Assembly (NCBI GenBank): GCA_013239625.1
Contig: MU054338.1
Span: forward strand, 2,854,977-2,918,976
Direction: 5' to 3'
DNA from: Lama guanicoe
Lineage: Eukaryota
Length of the DNA: 64,000 bases
Positions 1 to 12,300 of this stretch are shown one piece after another. Position 1 is the stretch's first letter; each line of letters begins with the position of its first letter. The position numbers were made by a program, and so were the translations under genes. A model generated the notes under the pieces. That model made no database searches and was not told the origin of the DNA. It saw only the letters and a list, made by a program, of their open reading frames with translations.

Positions 1-188
1 GATACTGGTAGCTGACTTGTTGCCAGTATCATCAATGAGACAGAAACTTTTAATTAGCATCACAGCCTCACCTACTAGAAACCAAGCTTCTCTAACCCCG
101 GCGCACCGTCACACATCCACCTGGCTTCTATTTCTCAATTTAGAAACAATGCTGTTACAAGCCTTTGAAATCTAGAACCTGCTTCAAA

Positions 189-430
189 GTAGGGTTTCTG
201 ATCTTTGGCGATTCTGTCATTCAGGGCCAGGTATTCTTTGTTGTGTGGAAGGCTATCCTGTGTGTTGTAGGATGTTTAGCAACCACCCCAGGCCTCTACT
301 TAACTATCATGAAGGTAGCACCCTTTTCCTAAGGCGTGACAACCAAAAAACCACCTCAAATGTTGCCAAGATCCCTTGGGGGGTGAAGAAAGAGGGAAAG
401 GTTAGTCACCTCTGGTTGAGAAGCACCAGT
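189..430 (-). mobile_element. MER20-like hAT DNA transposon
   Basis: ttctttgttgtg...tcctgtgtgttgtaggatgtttagca...gtgacaaccaaaaa...ctggttgagaagcac resembles the recalled MER20 reverse complement. Confidence 0.75.
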
Positions 431-677
431 GCAAGCTTACACCTTCTTAAAAGTACCAGATGACAAAACACACTCTGGGAGTCTCCTGAGGACCTGGGAT
501 GGGGAGACTTGGCATCTAGCTGCTGAGTTTTATGTACGTGTCCATCTGTGTTTATGTGGTCATCTGTGTTTTGAGAACTAGGAAAAGCAGGCAGCTGCCA
601 CAAGAACGCCCAGGAGGGATTTTCTTGTTGTTGTTTTGTTTTGATAAAATTATCCTCACTTTTCTCAAACCTTAAAG

Positions 678-903
678 CAAAGTTTCTCAACCTCAGCACT
701 GTTGACATTTGGGGCCAATAATTCTTGGTTGTGTGGGGCAGCCCAGGGCACAGTGGGGGGCTGAGCAGCATCCCTGGCCTCTACCCACTAGATGCCAGTA
801 AGATGGACCACTAGATGTCCACCGTGTTGTGACAAACAAAAATCTCTCCAGATACTGCCAATGTCCTCTGGAGGGTGGAACTGGCCCTGGCTGAGAAGCA
901 CTG
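678..903 (-). mobile_element. MER20-like hAT DNA transposon
   Basis: gtttctcaacctcagcactgttgacatttggggcc...ctggctgagaagcactg. Confidence 0.8.
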
Positions 904-1137
904 TTCTACAGGAAGACAAATGCCCCCAAATCCTTTTGTGTAGAAAGAAGAGTGCACTTACCCTTGGGCCAGATGAGACAAATTGAGACTGACCAGTTTA
1001 AAGCTTAATACTGTTCACAAGGTGAAAACTCAATCTACCCATTATCACAACATAACAAGAATATTACCCTGGAACAGATGACTGTATTTTGAGGGCACAG
1101 AAGAGGATTAAAGAGGTGTTCCTAAGATAGAGAAAAG

Positions 1138-1162
1138 GTGCTCGTTTTGGCAGCACATATAG
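1138..1162 (+). pseudogene. 3'-truncated U6 snRNA retropseudogene with 15-bp target-site duplication
   Basis: GTGCTCGTTTTGGCAGCACATATAG vs U6 5' end GTGCTCGCTTCGGCAGCACATATAC; flanks TAAGATAGAGAAAAG (1123-1137) and TAAGATCGAGAAAAG (1163-1177). Confidence 0.85.
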
Positions 1163-2495
1163 TAAGATCGAGAAAAGGAACACACAAAGAGATGGACACA
1201 TCCAGGTGAAGGGTGGAGATGCTGAAGGTCTACGGAAATTATTACGAAGGAGAACGGAACATAACCAGGGTGGTTCTTGGGAGCAACAACTCAACAAAGA
1301 ATCCATTAGGAGGATAAGACAACTGTCCTCAGAGTAGGATGTGGCCACTGCAGCAATTCTTTGGGACTGGGACTCAGAATGTCGAGTTAATAAGTCGGTC
1401 CGAACCACCAGCTTACACTGCACTGTGCTTTCCAGGTTTCAAAGCACTTCCCACAGATCTGAATGCAGGCAATCCTTCTTCCCCAAGAGGAAAGCTCTGG
1501 TGGCTGGCTGAGAGGCCCAGCTAGTTCCTCTAGCACAGCCTGTCTGCTTGCTGGAGACTGTATGGGCCACCAGCCCGGGCCCTGATGGCTGGGGGTGGTG
1601 GGGAGGGCTTCCAGAGACCTGTCTACAAGAGGGAACAAAGTGACCCAGGAATTCTTCCAAGACCTATAGCTCCTGCAGAAGGGACTACATCACGGTCTAA
1701 GAGAGTGAGCAGCACTTGAAGGTGTTCCTGTCAAGTAGGCAGGGGCCTGAGGCCTTCTGGCTGAGGGTCTAACCAAGGGCCAGGTCACTTAATTTCACCC
1801 TGCTGGGGCAAAGAGCTGTACTCTCAGCAACAATCCCAGAATCCCTCTGGATTAAATCTCTCCCACCAGGGTTTAGCCTGGAGTCTAGAGATAGTCTCCA
1901 AATACCTTTAGCTCTGGACCACTAGGGTCATTACTTTTTCCCTCAAGGGGCAAAAGGTACCAGCTGTGTATTACTGGGGACTCATTTCTCTTCCCTCCCA
2001 CTGGACCTCTCCAAATTGTGGGTAGATTCCAGTTTGCCAGGACACTGTTGCCCATTCCTTCCTGGAATTTATCCACACAAATTTCAGATCTAAAGTTCTT
2101 ATAGGATCAACAAATCTGCGGCTTCTTGGATCTGAAATTATAAACTGAATTCTGCGTTTGCCCGGTTTTCTGAAGAGTGGATCCACAGCTTCCACCAGAC
2201 TCCTGAGTGATGGGGCCTGGACCTTCCAAAACACCTATTCTGTCTGTCACGTGGATAACGCTTATTTTCTTGGATTCAGCATTCCACTTCTGGGAACTTA
2301 TCCTATAGATTCAATTCCACCTGCGAGCAGAGATATCCCTGGCTACTCACTATAGTACTGCTTGTAGCAGAAAACTACTGAAAACAATCTAGACATCCAC
2401 TGACACACAACTAGCTAATTAAATTATAACAGATTTCATGGAATGGGGTATCACGTACCCATGAAAAAGATCCTAAAAGCTCTAGGAGTAGGCTC

Positions 2496-2700
2496 CAGTG
2501 TTGCAGCTCTCGGAGAGGGGAAGGGAGGGGGTTCCCCTAAGGACATTCAGCAGCATCCGGATACACTTGTGGTTATCACAACTCGGGGGGATGTTCCTTG
2601 TATAGAGTAGGTGGGGGCCAGGGATACTGCTCCACGCCCCACAGTGCCCAGAACGACCGCCACAACAGAGAATGATCCGAGGTGGAGGATTCTGGCCCTA
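2496..2700 (+). mobile_element. MER20-like hAT DNA transposon
   Basis: ggttatcacaactc...ggccagggatactgct...cacaacagagaatgatc. Confidence 0.65.
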
Positions 2701-3199
2701 GTGTGCTCTCCAAGACACATTAAATGAAAAACACCAAATACACAGTTCTACATAGACCATACTACCACTACGTGTGTTTTTCAGGGGAAGGCGTACACTT
2801 TTGTTTGGTAAGAGACATAATTCACCGGTGACAGTCCGTATCTCTGGGGAGAGGGACTGGATGCCTGAGGGACTGAAGTGGGAAACTGACTTTTCACTCT
2901 ACCCTTTCAACTTTGTACCGGACCCACGGAAAAGGTTTTTTGTTTAAAAAAAAATTGGTCTAGACACAAAATTTCCCTGCCTCTGGGCTCTCTGGCAAGA
3001 GTCCTGTGTCGACAGCCTCAGGACTGTTTCTTCCCCTTCTCTCCCACCCCACTCCCTGCCCTTTTAGAGGCGAGGACAGGAGGGCAGGGGTCCACGTCCG
3101 GGGGCCAGCCTCTGGGGAAATCTCTGCTTCTCTCAAGTCTGCCCACCCTTCTCGAGGAAAGTGGAGCCCACACAGCGGGCAGGGCCTGGGCCATCTCGC

Positions 3200-3840
3200 A
3201 CTCAGACCTCGTCTTTCTTAGGCTGTCCCCACCCTGTGGGGGACACGTGCCAATGTCGCCCCCTCCGTGCCCCGGGCCTTCTCCCGAACCAGGGCCAGGC
3301 CTGCCGTGGCCTGGCCCCTCTCCGAGCAGCCTGGGGCCCGGGGGGTCGCCCCCGCCACGGCCTCCGCTCACCTGGCTCGCCTTGTAGAACTGCTTCTTCA
3401 GCCCCGCTACCGACATGCTGCCTCCCGCCGTCGGGCCTTCTGCTCGGACCCACCGAACCGGAGGGACCGCACAAGCGACAGGCTCCCGGGCGCCGCCAAC
3501 CCCCCCCGCGCCTCAGCGGGCCCCTACGGCACCGCCTCCACCGTCCTCTCGCCAGCTCCGCGCTGGCCCCGGCGCCGCCTCAGCTCCTCGCGCGCTCGCG
3601 CAGCCAGGATATTACATGGCAACCGCACACTTCCGGTGCCGGCCCCCGCGCCCGCGCGCTCCCGACCCCGTCTGCACTCGCGCGCCCCCTGCCGGCCGGG
3701 AAGCGCACGGGCACTTAGCCCGCTGCCCCGAAGGACACCTCGGCGAGTGAGTGGACCAGGGCGAGCCTAGAGGGGCCGTAGCGGCTGTAGCGACCCCTGG
3801 AGTCCCGGAGGTGGCCCTAACGTCTTAGGAAAGGCGCCTA
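3200..3840 (-). promoter_or_regulatory. CpG island / SH3GL1 promoter with RFX X-box-like (3611-3623) and ETS (3628-3636) motifs
   Basis: High GC and CpG density; attacatggcaac (reverse complement GTTGCCATGTAAT); cacttccgg. Confidence 0.75.
3372..3416 (-). CDS. SH3GL1: Endophilin-A2 coding exon 1 (MSVAGLKKQFYKASQ); gene continues left beyond the window
   Basis: ATG at 3416-3414. The peptide matches the endophilin A N-terminal amphipathic helix. It is followed by a GTGAGC donor, lies in a CpG island and is head-to-head with CHAF1A as in human. Confidence 0.95.
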
Positions 3841-5619
3841 GACCTTTTTGCAGAAGTTGGGGAGGCCAAGAGGCAAGTAGAACTCCAGAGGCTGGGTTTA
3901 TAAATCTTAAGATACATGTTTGCTGATCTCAGCTATACCCAGTTCTTCTGTGCGTTTAATTCCTTCCACTACCACCCGGCCCAGCCCTGTGTTCATCCAT
4001 TCAGTTGCCCAAGTCAGACATTAGGGTATCATTTCACCCTCCTTTCCACCTTCCCAACTCTCCTCTCTGCTCAGATCAGACCATTCGGCCAGCCAACCTG
4101 TTCTCCCCTCCAATTCATCCCCTACAAGACAGCCAAAAATAAGCTTTTATAACACAATTCTGATCACATCAGTCCCATATTTAAAGACCATCTACTGGCC
4201 TTAGAATACTCCCCCAATTTCCTAAAATGGCCTACAAAACTTGCATAATTTGGCCCTATCATCTTTTCTGACTTCGACTCTCTTCCTCTTTTATAACCCA
4301 TGAGTCCCCTTGCTCATGGACTTTGCTAACATTGCTCCTCTCTTGCACATTCTTTCCCAATCTTTCCCCTATCCTTTGTGCATAAAAGAAGATGCTGTTT
4401 GGAATGTCACCTCCTCCAGGAAGCCTTCTTGGAGTGATGCATGTTTATTGATTTTTTTCCATCAATTGTTGTTGTATTGAATGAATTGGAAATTAATAGT
4501 AAATCAAAATGTGTAAATGAATCCAAAAAGAGGAACAAGAAAATGACTTCTGCCAAAGTGCTTACAGCTTCAGTGCTGAAATCTCTGACAGAGTTGAGTG
4601 ATTTTCTGAAGCAGAAGATTGCTGGAAGTTTCCAAATGCTTCAACAGAAGATGCTGGGCTAAATCAGAGGATTGCCTCAGAATATGCATGCCCTAACTTC
4701 CTTCCCCCAAGATCCTAATGGGGCTATTATGAATAGTTTGAAAAACCTCTCCTGTGATTCTGTTGGGCACCCTGAATGCTGATCCACTGGTCTACGTCAT
4801 TTCAGATGTCAGAATGTCAGAGAAGGAAGGGAAAATATCCTAATGGTTTAAACGAGGAAACTGAGGCCCAAAAGTGATGTCCTCAAATTTCCTGTTTTCC
4901 ATATTATTTCCAACTAATTATACTGATTTAATCATCCAACCCACAGGTTAAATAGAATCCCAAAATTGGGTCAAATTTAACTCCTCTTTCCTCATTTCTG
5001 TTTTCTTGAGAGATTAAATTGGTGCTGAAGAAAACCTGTTCTGAGGCTCGCAGGCTGACTCTGAAAGTTTCTGTTCTATATGAGGCTTTGTGTTCACTCA
5101 AATATATATTGGGTACCTACTAATATATTAGTCACTGATAGGTCCTGAGGATACAGTGATAAATGATTCCTGCTAATGACAGAAACAGAAACTAATTCAT
5201 TAACCGAAAACACGCTAATAAATAAGCATAAGCTGTAATTGCTCCAAGAAAAAGAACAGTGTTGTAGAAACTTCATCTGGTTGGGAGTAGGAGAGGAAAA
5301 GTTTCTTTGGGGTTTCAATCTAAGATCTGAAAGTTAGGCAGAAATCGACCAGGAAAAGAGCTGCAGAAAGTGTTGCAGGCGAGGAAACAGTACGTGCAAA
5401 ATCCTGAGGATTAAACCAGAAACAACCATTTAATTCATTCCCTCTGAAAATATTTACTGTATCTCAAATGCTTCTGAAGAGATGCTCAGAGTTTATTTAT
5501 TTTTATTGTTCATATAAAGTAATTTATAATTTTAACTGCTGTTGCTATATTCATCTTAAGTCCAGGTAGTGTAAAAGAACTTCAGTTCACTTAAATCGCA
5601 GTTTCAGGCTGTCACTGGC

Positions 5620-6360
5620 GCCCTACGTAAAGCGTTTCGTCATGACGTAGGAGCCTGGCCCTCCTTCCTCCCACTGACCGATCCCACGCGCTCAGCCAAT
5701 CACAGTATCGAGCTCTCAGCGTGACACCACCCACCCCCAATCGCAGGGCATCTGCTCCCCGCCAGAGACTGGCCGCCGAGAGGAAGCCCCGCCCTCTGCA
5801 GGAATATCAATAAGGGAGGTATGGGAGGAATGGAAGCCTCGGCTCTCGCGAGGATGCTCCCGGCGCTCCCTTCTTCCCGAAGAGGGCCGTCACGTGATGC
5901 GGCCTCACCCAATCGACGCGTGGGCCGCGGGGGTCTCCGCGGTTCCCGCCAAATACGAGCGCGGCGGCCGCGGCAGCAGCGGCGCGGGCGGGAGGGCGAG
6001 CAGCACCGGCTGCCGGAGCGGAGCCGGCGCCTCCGCCGCCTGAGGGAAGCTCGAGACGCCGCCGGGGCAATGTTGGAAGAGCCGGAGTGCGGGGCGCGGG
6101 GCGCCCGAGCAGCGGCCACAGGTCGGTTCTGGCCCGCGCGGAGGGGAAGGCGGGGCGCGGCGCGCGGCCTGTGCGCACCGAGGCAGCAGTTGTGGGTGGA
6201 CGGGCCTCCCGGCTCCAGCCCCGCTGCTCGGCACCTGGCGTTCGGTTCGCGGGCCGTTACAATCCCGAGACAGGGCCTTGCGACCCGTAGGGCGCCCTCC
6301 TTGACGTTATTGTTGCTGCCGCGACCATTTTTTCCCCGGCGCTTTTGCGTCAGTTCGTCC
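5620..6360 (+). promoter_or_regulatory. CpG island / CHAF1A promoter with CCAAT boxes, E-box and E2F site
   Basis: CCAAT at 5696, 5737 and 5909; GTCACGTGAT 5889-5898; TTCCCGCCAAA 5943-5953 (canonical E2F), which fits an S-phase gene. Confidence 0.8.
6070..6121 (+). CDS. CHAF1A: CHAF1A exon 1 (MLEEPECGARGARAAAT)
   Basis: ATG 6070; donor G|GTCGGT. Confidence 0.9.
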
Positions 6361-9300
6361 TTCTAGAGCCCTCTGTGGTGACGGGTCATTGTGGCCGGGA
6401 GAGGAAATTGAGATCCAGTGTGGTGAAAGGGCCGGCTTTGCAGGTTACTAAGTGTGTTTGTGTCCCCTGAACAAGTTGGACCCTGCAGCGGCTTTAGGGC
6501 CTGGTGGGGAACCTGAGGTCGGGGGTCACACGGGCTCAAGGACCCTAACAGCTGCGTCGGCGGGTCTGCACAAGCCCAGGTAAGAGGCCCAGATGGTAGG
6601 GGTCCCGGGTTCTTGATGCTGCCGGATATGCATGGTGAGGACTTGTCTTTCCTTCCTGTGTCTTGGGAGGGGGCTTTCTGGTGCCTGGCAGGCCCCCAGA
6701 ACTTGGAGTGGTGAACCAAGGAAGACCAGACTGCTTGTCTCTCTTGCTTGACTCCCATTTTACCTCCAGCACTTGGCGCAATGCTTGGCATGTAGTAGGT
6801 GCCCAATAAATATGGATTGGTTGAATGAATTAAGTGTTGGCAGGAACATCAACTAGTCTAGTCCAAGGCTTCTCAGCCTCAGCATTATTCACATTTGGGG
6901 CCATCCTGTGCACTGTAGGGTGTCCAGCAGCATCCGTGGCCTCCAGCCATTAGATTTCAGTAGCAACCCCCCCTTCCCAGTTGTGACAACCAAAAATGTA
7001 TCCAAAGCATTCCCAAGGGGCCCCCTAGTTGAAAACCACTGTGCTAATTGTTTCCAGACTGTGGGATTTTAAAGAGACACAGAATTCATATAAATAAAGT
7101 TGGGACTGATTGTTGTGGACAATCATTTGACCCAGTAAAGATGTTCAATTAAAAAAAATTTAAAAAGCACCATTTGCTGCGACCATAAAAGGGAAGGATG
7201 TTTTAATGCCAAATAAAATTATGAGGGATATAATCTCAGAATAAAGAGCACTGGTAAGTTTGTATGTGTACCTTTGAGCAGTGTGGATCCCTGGATGGGA
7301 TCCTTTTTTCTGTAGACCTGAGGTTGCTTCTGGGCCCAGGTCACTTCTGATCCATCTTCGGTTCTATTGCATCAAAGCTGGTGACTCAGGGCCATGCCTG
7401 TAAATCCTTGTCGTTGTCCTAAAAATAAATTTAAGTGGCTAAAGGTTATATATCCCTCAGTTGAGGGAAGAAAAATCCATGTTTTTAGTAACTGAGAACT
7501 TGAGAATATTACCTTGAAATGGACAGAAAGGAAATGTGAGTCTTCTGGATACCTTTCTTATATTCCAAGCTTGAAAGGGGGGAGGGCATGTTCATCTATG
7601 GAAAGCTGGGATTTTTATAAAGCCGTGATCTGCTGTTTACTAATACCCCCCCTTACACATATATATATATATATATATATATATCTTTTTTTAAAATGTA
7701 GATTGGCCAAAATAACTAAACTAGATTTTTCCAAGCCAGATCTAGATGTCAGCTTCTAAATTTATTTTAGCCATTTGAAGATACCTATCTAAAGATTTGA
7801 TTCTATTTATCATTTCTGCATCAGCTTTGATATTGTTAGGTGCTTTTTTTGAGATTGTGTGTATGTGTGTGTCTGTGTGTGTGTATAGGAAAACATTCTC
7901 CCTTACCATTTCTTGATAGCACTTCAGCTCTAGCCTGGCAAACTCAAAATGCTTTTAAGTTGTATTATCTTTATAAACTATATTTTAAAAGGAAGTAAGT
8001 TCTATTCTAATTTTACAGCTTTGTTGATGGGGGAGTGATTGGATTGGAGGAGGTTGTTTTGGGGTCATATTCATGTTGAAATCAGTGATACAGTGTTTTC
8101 TCTCATCTCTACTTTTACTCAGTTCCCTTTTCATTGTTCCTGTTACTGTGTTCATTGATTTCCCACTATGTGCCAGACCCTGGGCTGGTGGGACAGGTAC
8201 AGTGTGGAATAAATCTTGTTGTCAGAGTGCTGGCGTTCTATTGTAGGGAGATAGAAACACAAAGGTCTCAGAGTGATAAGTGCTCAAGGAAAATAAAAGA
8301 GTGAAGATGTGACAGTGTCCAGGGCAGAATTTCTCAACCTATTAACATTTGGGGCCAGATAATCTGTTGGGGGGGGGCTGTTCTGTGCTTTGCAGAATAT
8401 TTAACAGTATCCCTGTCGCCTACCGAGTCGATGCCAGTGGCATCCTCTCTCCAGTCATGACAACCAAAAGTGTCCTTAGATGTCGCCAAATGTTCCTGGG
8501 GGCGGTGGAGGCAGGCGGCGCAAAATCACTGTGTACACTGTACACTGTACAAGCACTGTGTACATAACAGGTACTGCATATGTATTTGCTGCTTCATTAT
8601 TTCCAACATTTAATAACTTATCCTTTGACACTTATTCACAGCCATGGATTGCAAAGACAGACCAGCTTTTCCAGTCAAGAAGTTAATACAAGGTAACTTT
8701 CTGGGAATGGATTAAATATTTTGTCTCCTCAATTATATTTTTAATTCCCCTTGGGCAGAGGCCATCTTTTGGGGTCCTCAGCAGACGCATCAAGGGGTTA
8801 GAGGGGAGAAAACAATTGCACCTTAAAACTGGAAACTAGGAAACCCATTTCATTACACTGCTGTCCCCAAGATCAAATCCAGAGGTTCTGCCTGTACAGC
8901 TGGGTTTCTCTACTTCAGCACTATTGATTTTGTCATTTTTTGTCATGGGGGAGCGTTGCTATCCTGTATATTGTAGAGAGTTTAACAGCATTCCAAGCCT
9001 TCTCCCCAAGTTTGTGACAACCGGTAATGTCTCCAGACATTGCCGGATACCCCCTGGCAGGCACAGCTGCTCCTGGTTGAACCACTTTTTGCACGAATGT
9101 CTCCAAATCCTTTCATGTAGGCCAGATTAGTGGTTGGATTATATAAAAAAGGATGGTTTCTGGTTTTTAAAGCTTGGTTATCTCATTAGCCTGTAGCAGC
9201 CTGCCTTCTGTGACAACTAATATCAAGTTTGATGGTGGTGGCAACGCTCTTCCGAGGTTAAAGGGTTAGGGGCAAACTAGACTCTGAGGGCATGATTGTT

Positions 9301-12300
9301 TTATAAACTGCTGAAGAACAGGTTTGTTTGGTCTTACATTATAAAGTAGTTAATGAGATGTTTTGGCATTTGAGGAAATGTGGGCTCCTTGGGAAGACAC
9401 CCATCTGAACTTCCTCACACTCCTGAGGTGTTGCCATGTATCTCTTCGAACCAGCCAGAAGGCTGGCATGCAATGGGAGGGTAGTTGTTTCATTGGCAAG
9501 AAATGCTGAAAGCCTGGGATGCTAGGGGCAGAGAGAAATCTTTCTGCAAATGGATCTCTTTTTTGCTTTTAAGAACGAGAGGCACTTATCTTCAAATGGG
9601 ATTTCCACCCATAATAAGTAACTTTGGAATTTGAACAGATCAGAAAACGTCTCTTTCAAAATTCTGTCAGTATCCCTGCTATAAAAGCTTGTCAGGTTTT
9701 TTGCTTTTGCCTTTAGTTAGGATGTTGGGAAACTACATAATGAAAAGATAACCCCTTTTTAAACTTGAGAAATCCCCCCCACCCCCAGGCACAGCAAGGT
9801 TGGTCGCTTGTGAGCATATGGAGTATGAGAATATTGATCACACGCACTAAAAAGGTGGCCTCCTTCTCTTCTTGTTTTAGCGCGTCTGCCATTCAAACGC
9901 CTGAGTCTTGTCCCAAAGGAGAAGACTGACGACAGGTTGGAGGACACGAGGGGCTCTCAGAGCACCTCTGTGCAGAGTCAAGACCCCGACTTAGAAACCT
10001 CTTTGGACCACTTGGAGAACAGCTGTCATATGGGTTCCGACATAGATTTTAGGCCAAAACTTGTCAATGGGAAGGGTCCCTTAGATAACTTTTTAAGAAG
10101 TCAAGTCGAAAACGATATCAGCCAGAACATGGTCATGATCGATTTGATGGAGGACTTGAGTGACCTAACCGACAGCAACATGGGCCACAATAAACCAAAT
10201 TCTGCTGCCTCTCTCTCTCAGAAGAATGTAAATGGGGTCACAGAAGAAGCTGGAGGTGAGAGGGGGCTGCTGAAGGCCAGTCAGAAGGACAAGCTGGCGT
10301 TTCCCGAAGAGGCCCTTTCAGACATTCCATGCAAAATGGAGGAGAGAGGTGCTGAGTCAGGGAGTGCAGAGAGGAGTGGACTGGAGCAGAAGGGCTCGCC
10401 CCAAAGCTGCCCTGAGCTGAGAGGCGGCCTGAGAACGTGCTCCGGGCAGGACCAGGACAGGTGGAGCGAAGCCAGGGGCATCTTGTTCAAAGGGAAGGTG
10501 CCTGTGGTTGTGCTGCAGGATATCCTGGCCACCAGACCCCGAGCCAGGTCTCCTCCCACCACCCCTTTGGGCCAGGGCATGCCCTCCGAGAGCGAGACGC
10601 TGGGGTCCAGCCCTGAAGAGGACTCTGTCCTGAGCCATTCATCCCTGAGCTCCTCCTCTCCTACCAGCTCACCCGAGGGGCAGTCTGCTCCCGCAAAGCA
10701 GCGCAACAGCCCGAGCCCCTTCCCCACCTCCACAGCAGCCCACAGAGTGAGTATCTCCTACAAACCAGTGCTGATGGAATCCAGAGGTTTCTGGGTCCGG
10801 CCCCTCACTCTTAACTCGGATACTGTGTCACCCAGATAGCCAGTGGCCAAGTGACTGGGGCCACAGACCAGATCCTGTGACTTCTGGTACAGAATTCTTT
10901 CTGATTTCAAAAGCCGTTGGAAGCGTTCAGTTCCGTGTACCCTGCGATGTGCTGGTAGTTTGGTTAGTTACTGTTGTGTTGGTGCCGTCCTGGTCGCCTT
11001 GTTCACACCTAATTGATGGTACTGGTCACCTTAGCCACGTTAGTGACTAACAGATGTAAGCAGGCAACTGACTGTCACGTCAGCCTTTGGCTTCAGCTCC
11101 CTGCACTCCTCTGGTTCCCACAGAGACTCGTAGGGCTATTGCTGGTAAACAGTCCATAAGCTTTGGTAAAGAGAGCCCAAGACAGCAGGGAGAATCAAAT
11201 GGGGAATTCTGTAGGGTTGGCTCTTGTCAGCATGGCCACCCGCCTTGAAAACCTCACCCAGAGCAATCAGAAGGAGAGACCTAGCACCATTTTTAAGGAC
11301 CCCTGTTTCTGTCACTGGTTTCCCATCAGCACAATGGCAGATGTCTCTGTTCTCACCTGTCCCTAAGGTCCTGTGGGTAGAGCTGTTAAAATTAGTCAAG
11401 GATCCCAAATTGTGTTTAAAAGTGTTCTTTGATTTTGTAGCACTTGTGTTTTTCCATATCAGGTTTTCATAGAAGATTGGATCCTGGGGTGGGTGGTTCA
11501 TTTTCTACTGTACCTGCTTAATTTGACCGTAACCAACCAACCGTGATTGCTTTCTGAAATTTAATCTCTAAGGGGTGAATTATTTTTCTAGATGATTACA
11601 TTTCTTGTCTTTTACCCCCTGAGGAGATTGGAGAATGGAAAAAATGGCTTCCTCTTTAGTTCACAAAGTATCAGTCACGAGTGGGGTCATCATTTTTTCT
11701 TCTAAGTTTCTAAATACGGCTGACTGAGACGCTCATTTTTTAAACTTCCATCCGAGCCATTAGTCAGACTCAAAATCCAAGACTGAGTTTCGCTGTCAGT
11801 CGTTTCATTCTGTTGTGTCCAACCATTGCTCCAGGTCCTTCCAGGCGGCTGCTTGTGTTTTGCAGAACCGCTTTGTCATGTGACTTGTTACAGCCAGTGA
11901 GCCTGGACATCAGGACATGTACACCTTTTCCATTCTTCTTAACAACTTCCTTTTTTAATTTTGTTTTTCTGTCCATAGACAAGCCTGGGGATTGGGAAGC
12001 TGCATACTTGGGCCTTGACACAGAACAGTTTTCCTTCTTGTCCACTGGCCCAAATGGCCATAAAGCAGCTGAGCACGTGAACCAAGAGTGCTTGGTTTAG
12101 GAAGTCCTGCCTCTGAGATGCTAGGTCTTACTCTGAATGCAGACTTGGAGTTTTGAGATGTTCTAGAAGACAGTGTTATCACACAGCTTTGCAAATAATT
12201 CACACTGCAGGTGGCAAAGGTCCCGCCCTGGGCCTTTGGCAGAAAAGTGCCCCAATCACCCACCGGCTGGAGGTAGAGCCCCTGACACTGGGCAAAACCG

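Noticed and set aside
5821..6069. In-frame upstream ATGs extending CHAF1A by up to 83 aa
   Set aside because: They lie among the promoter CCAAT/E-box motifs, probably upstream of the TSS. Stop-poor GC-rich DNA explains the open frame.
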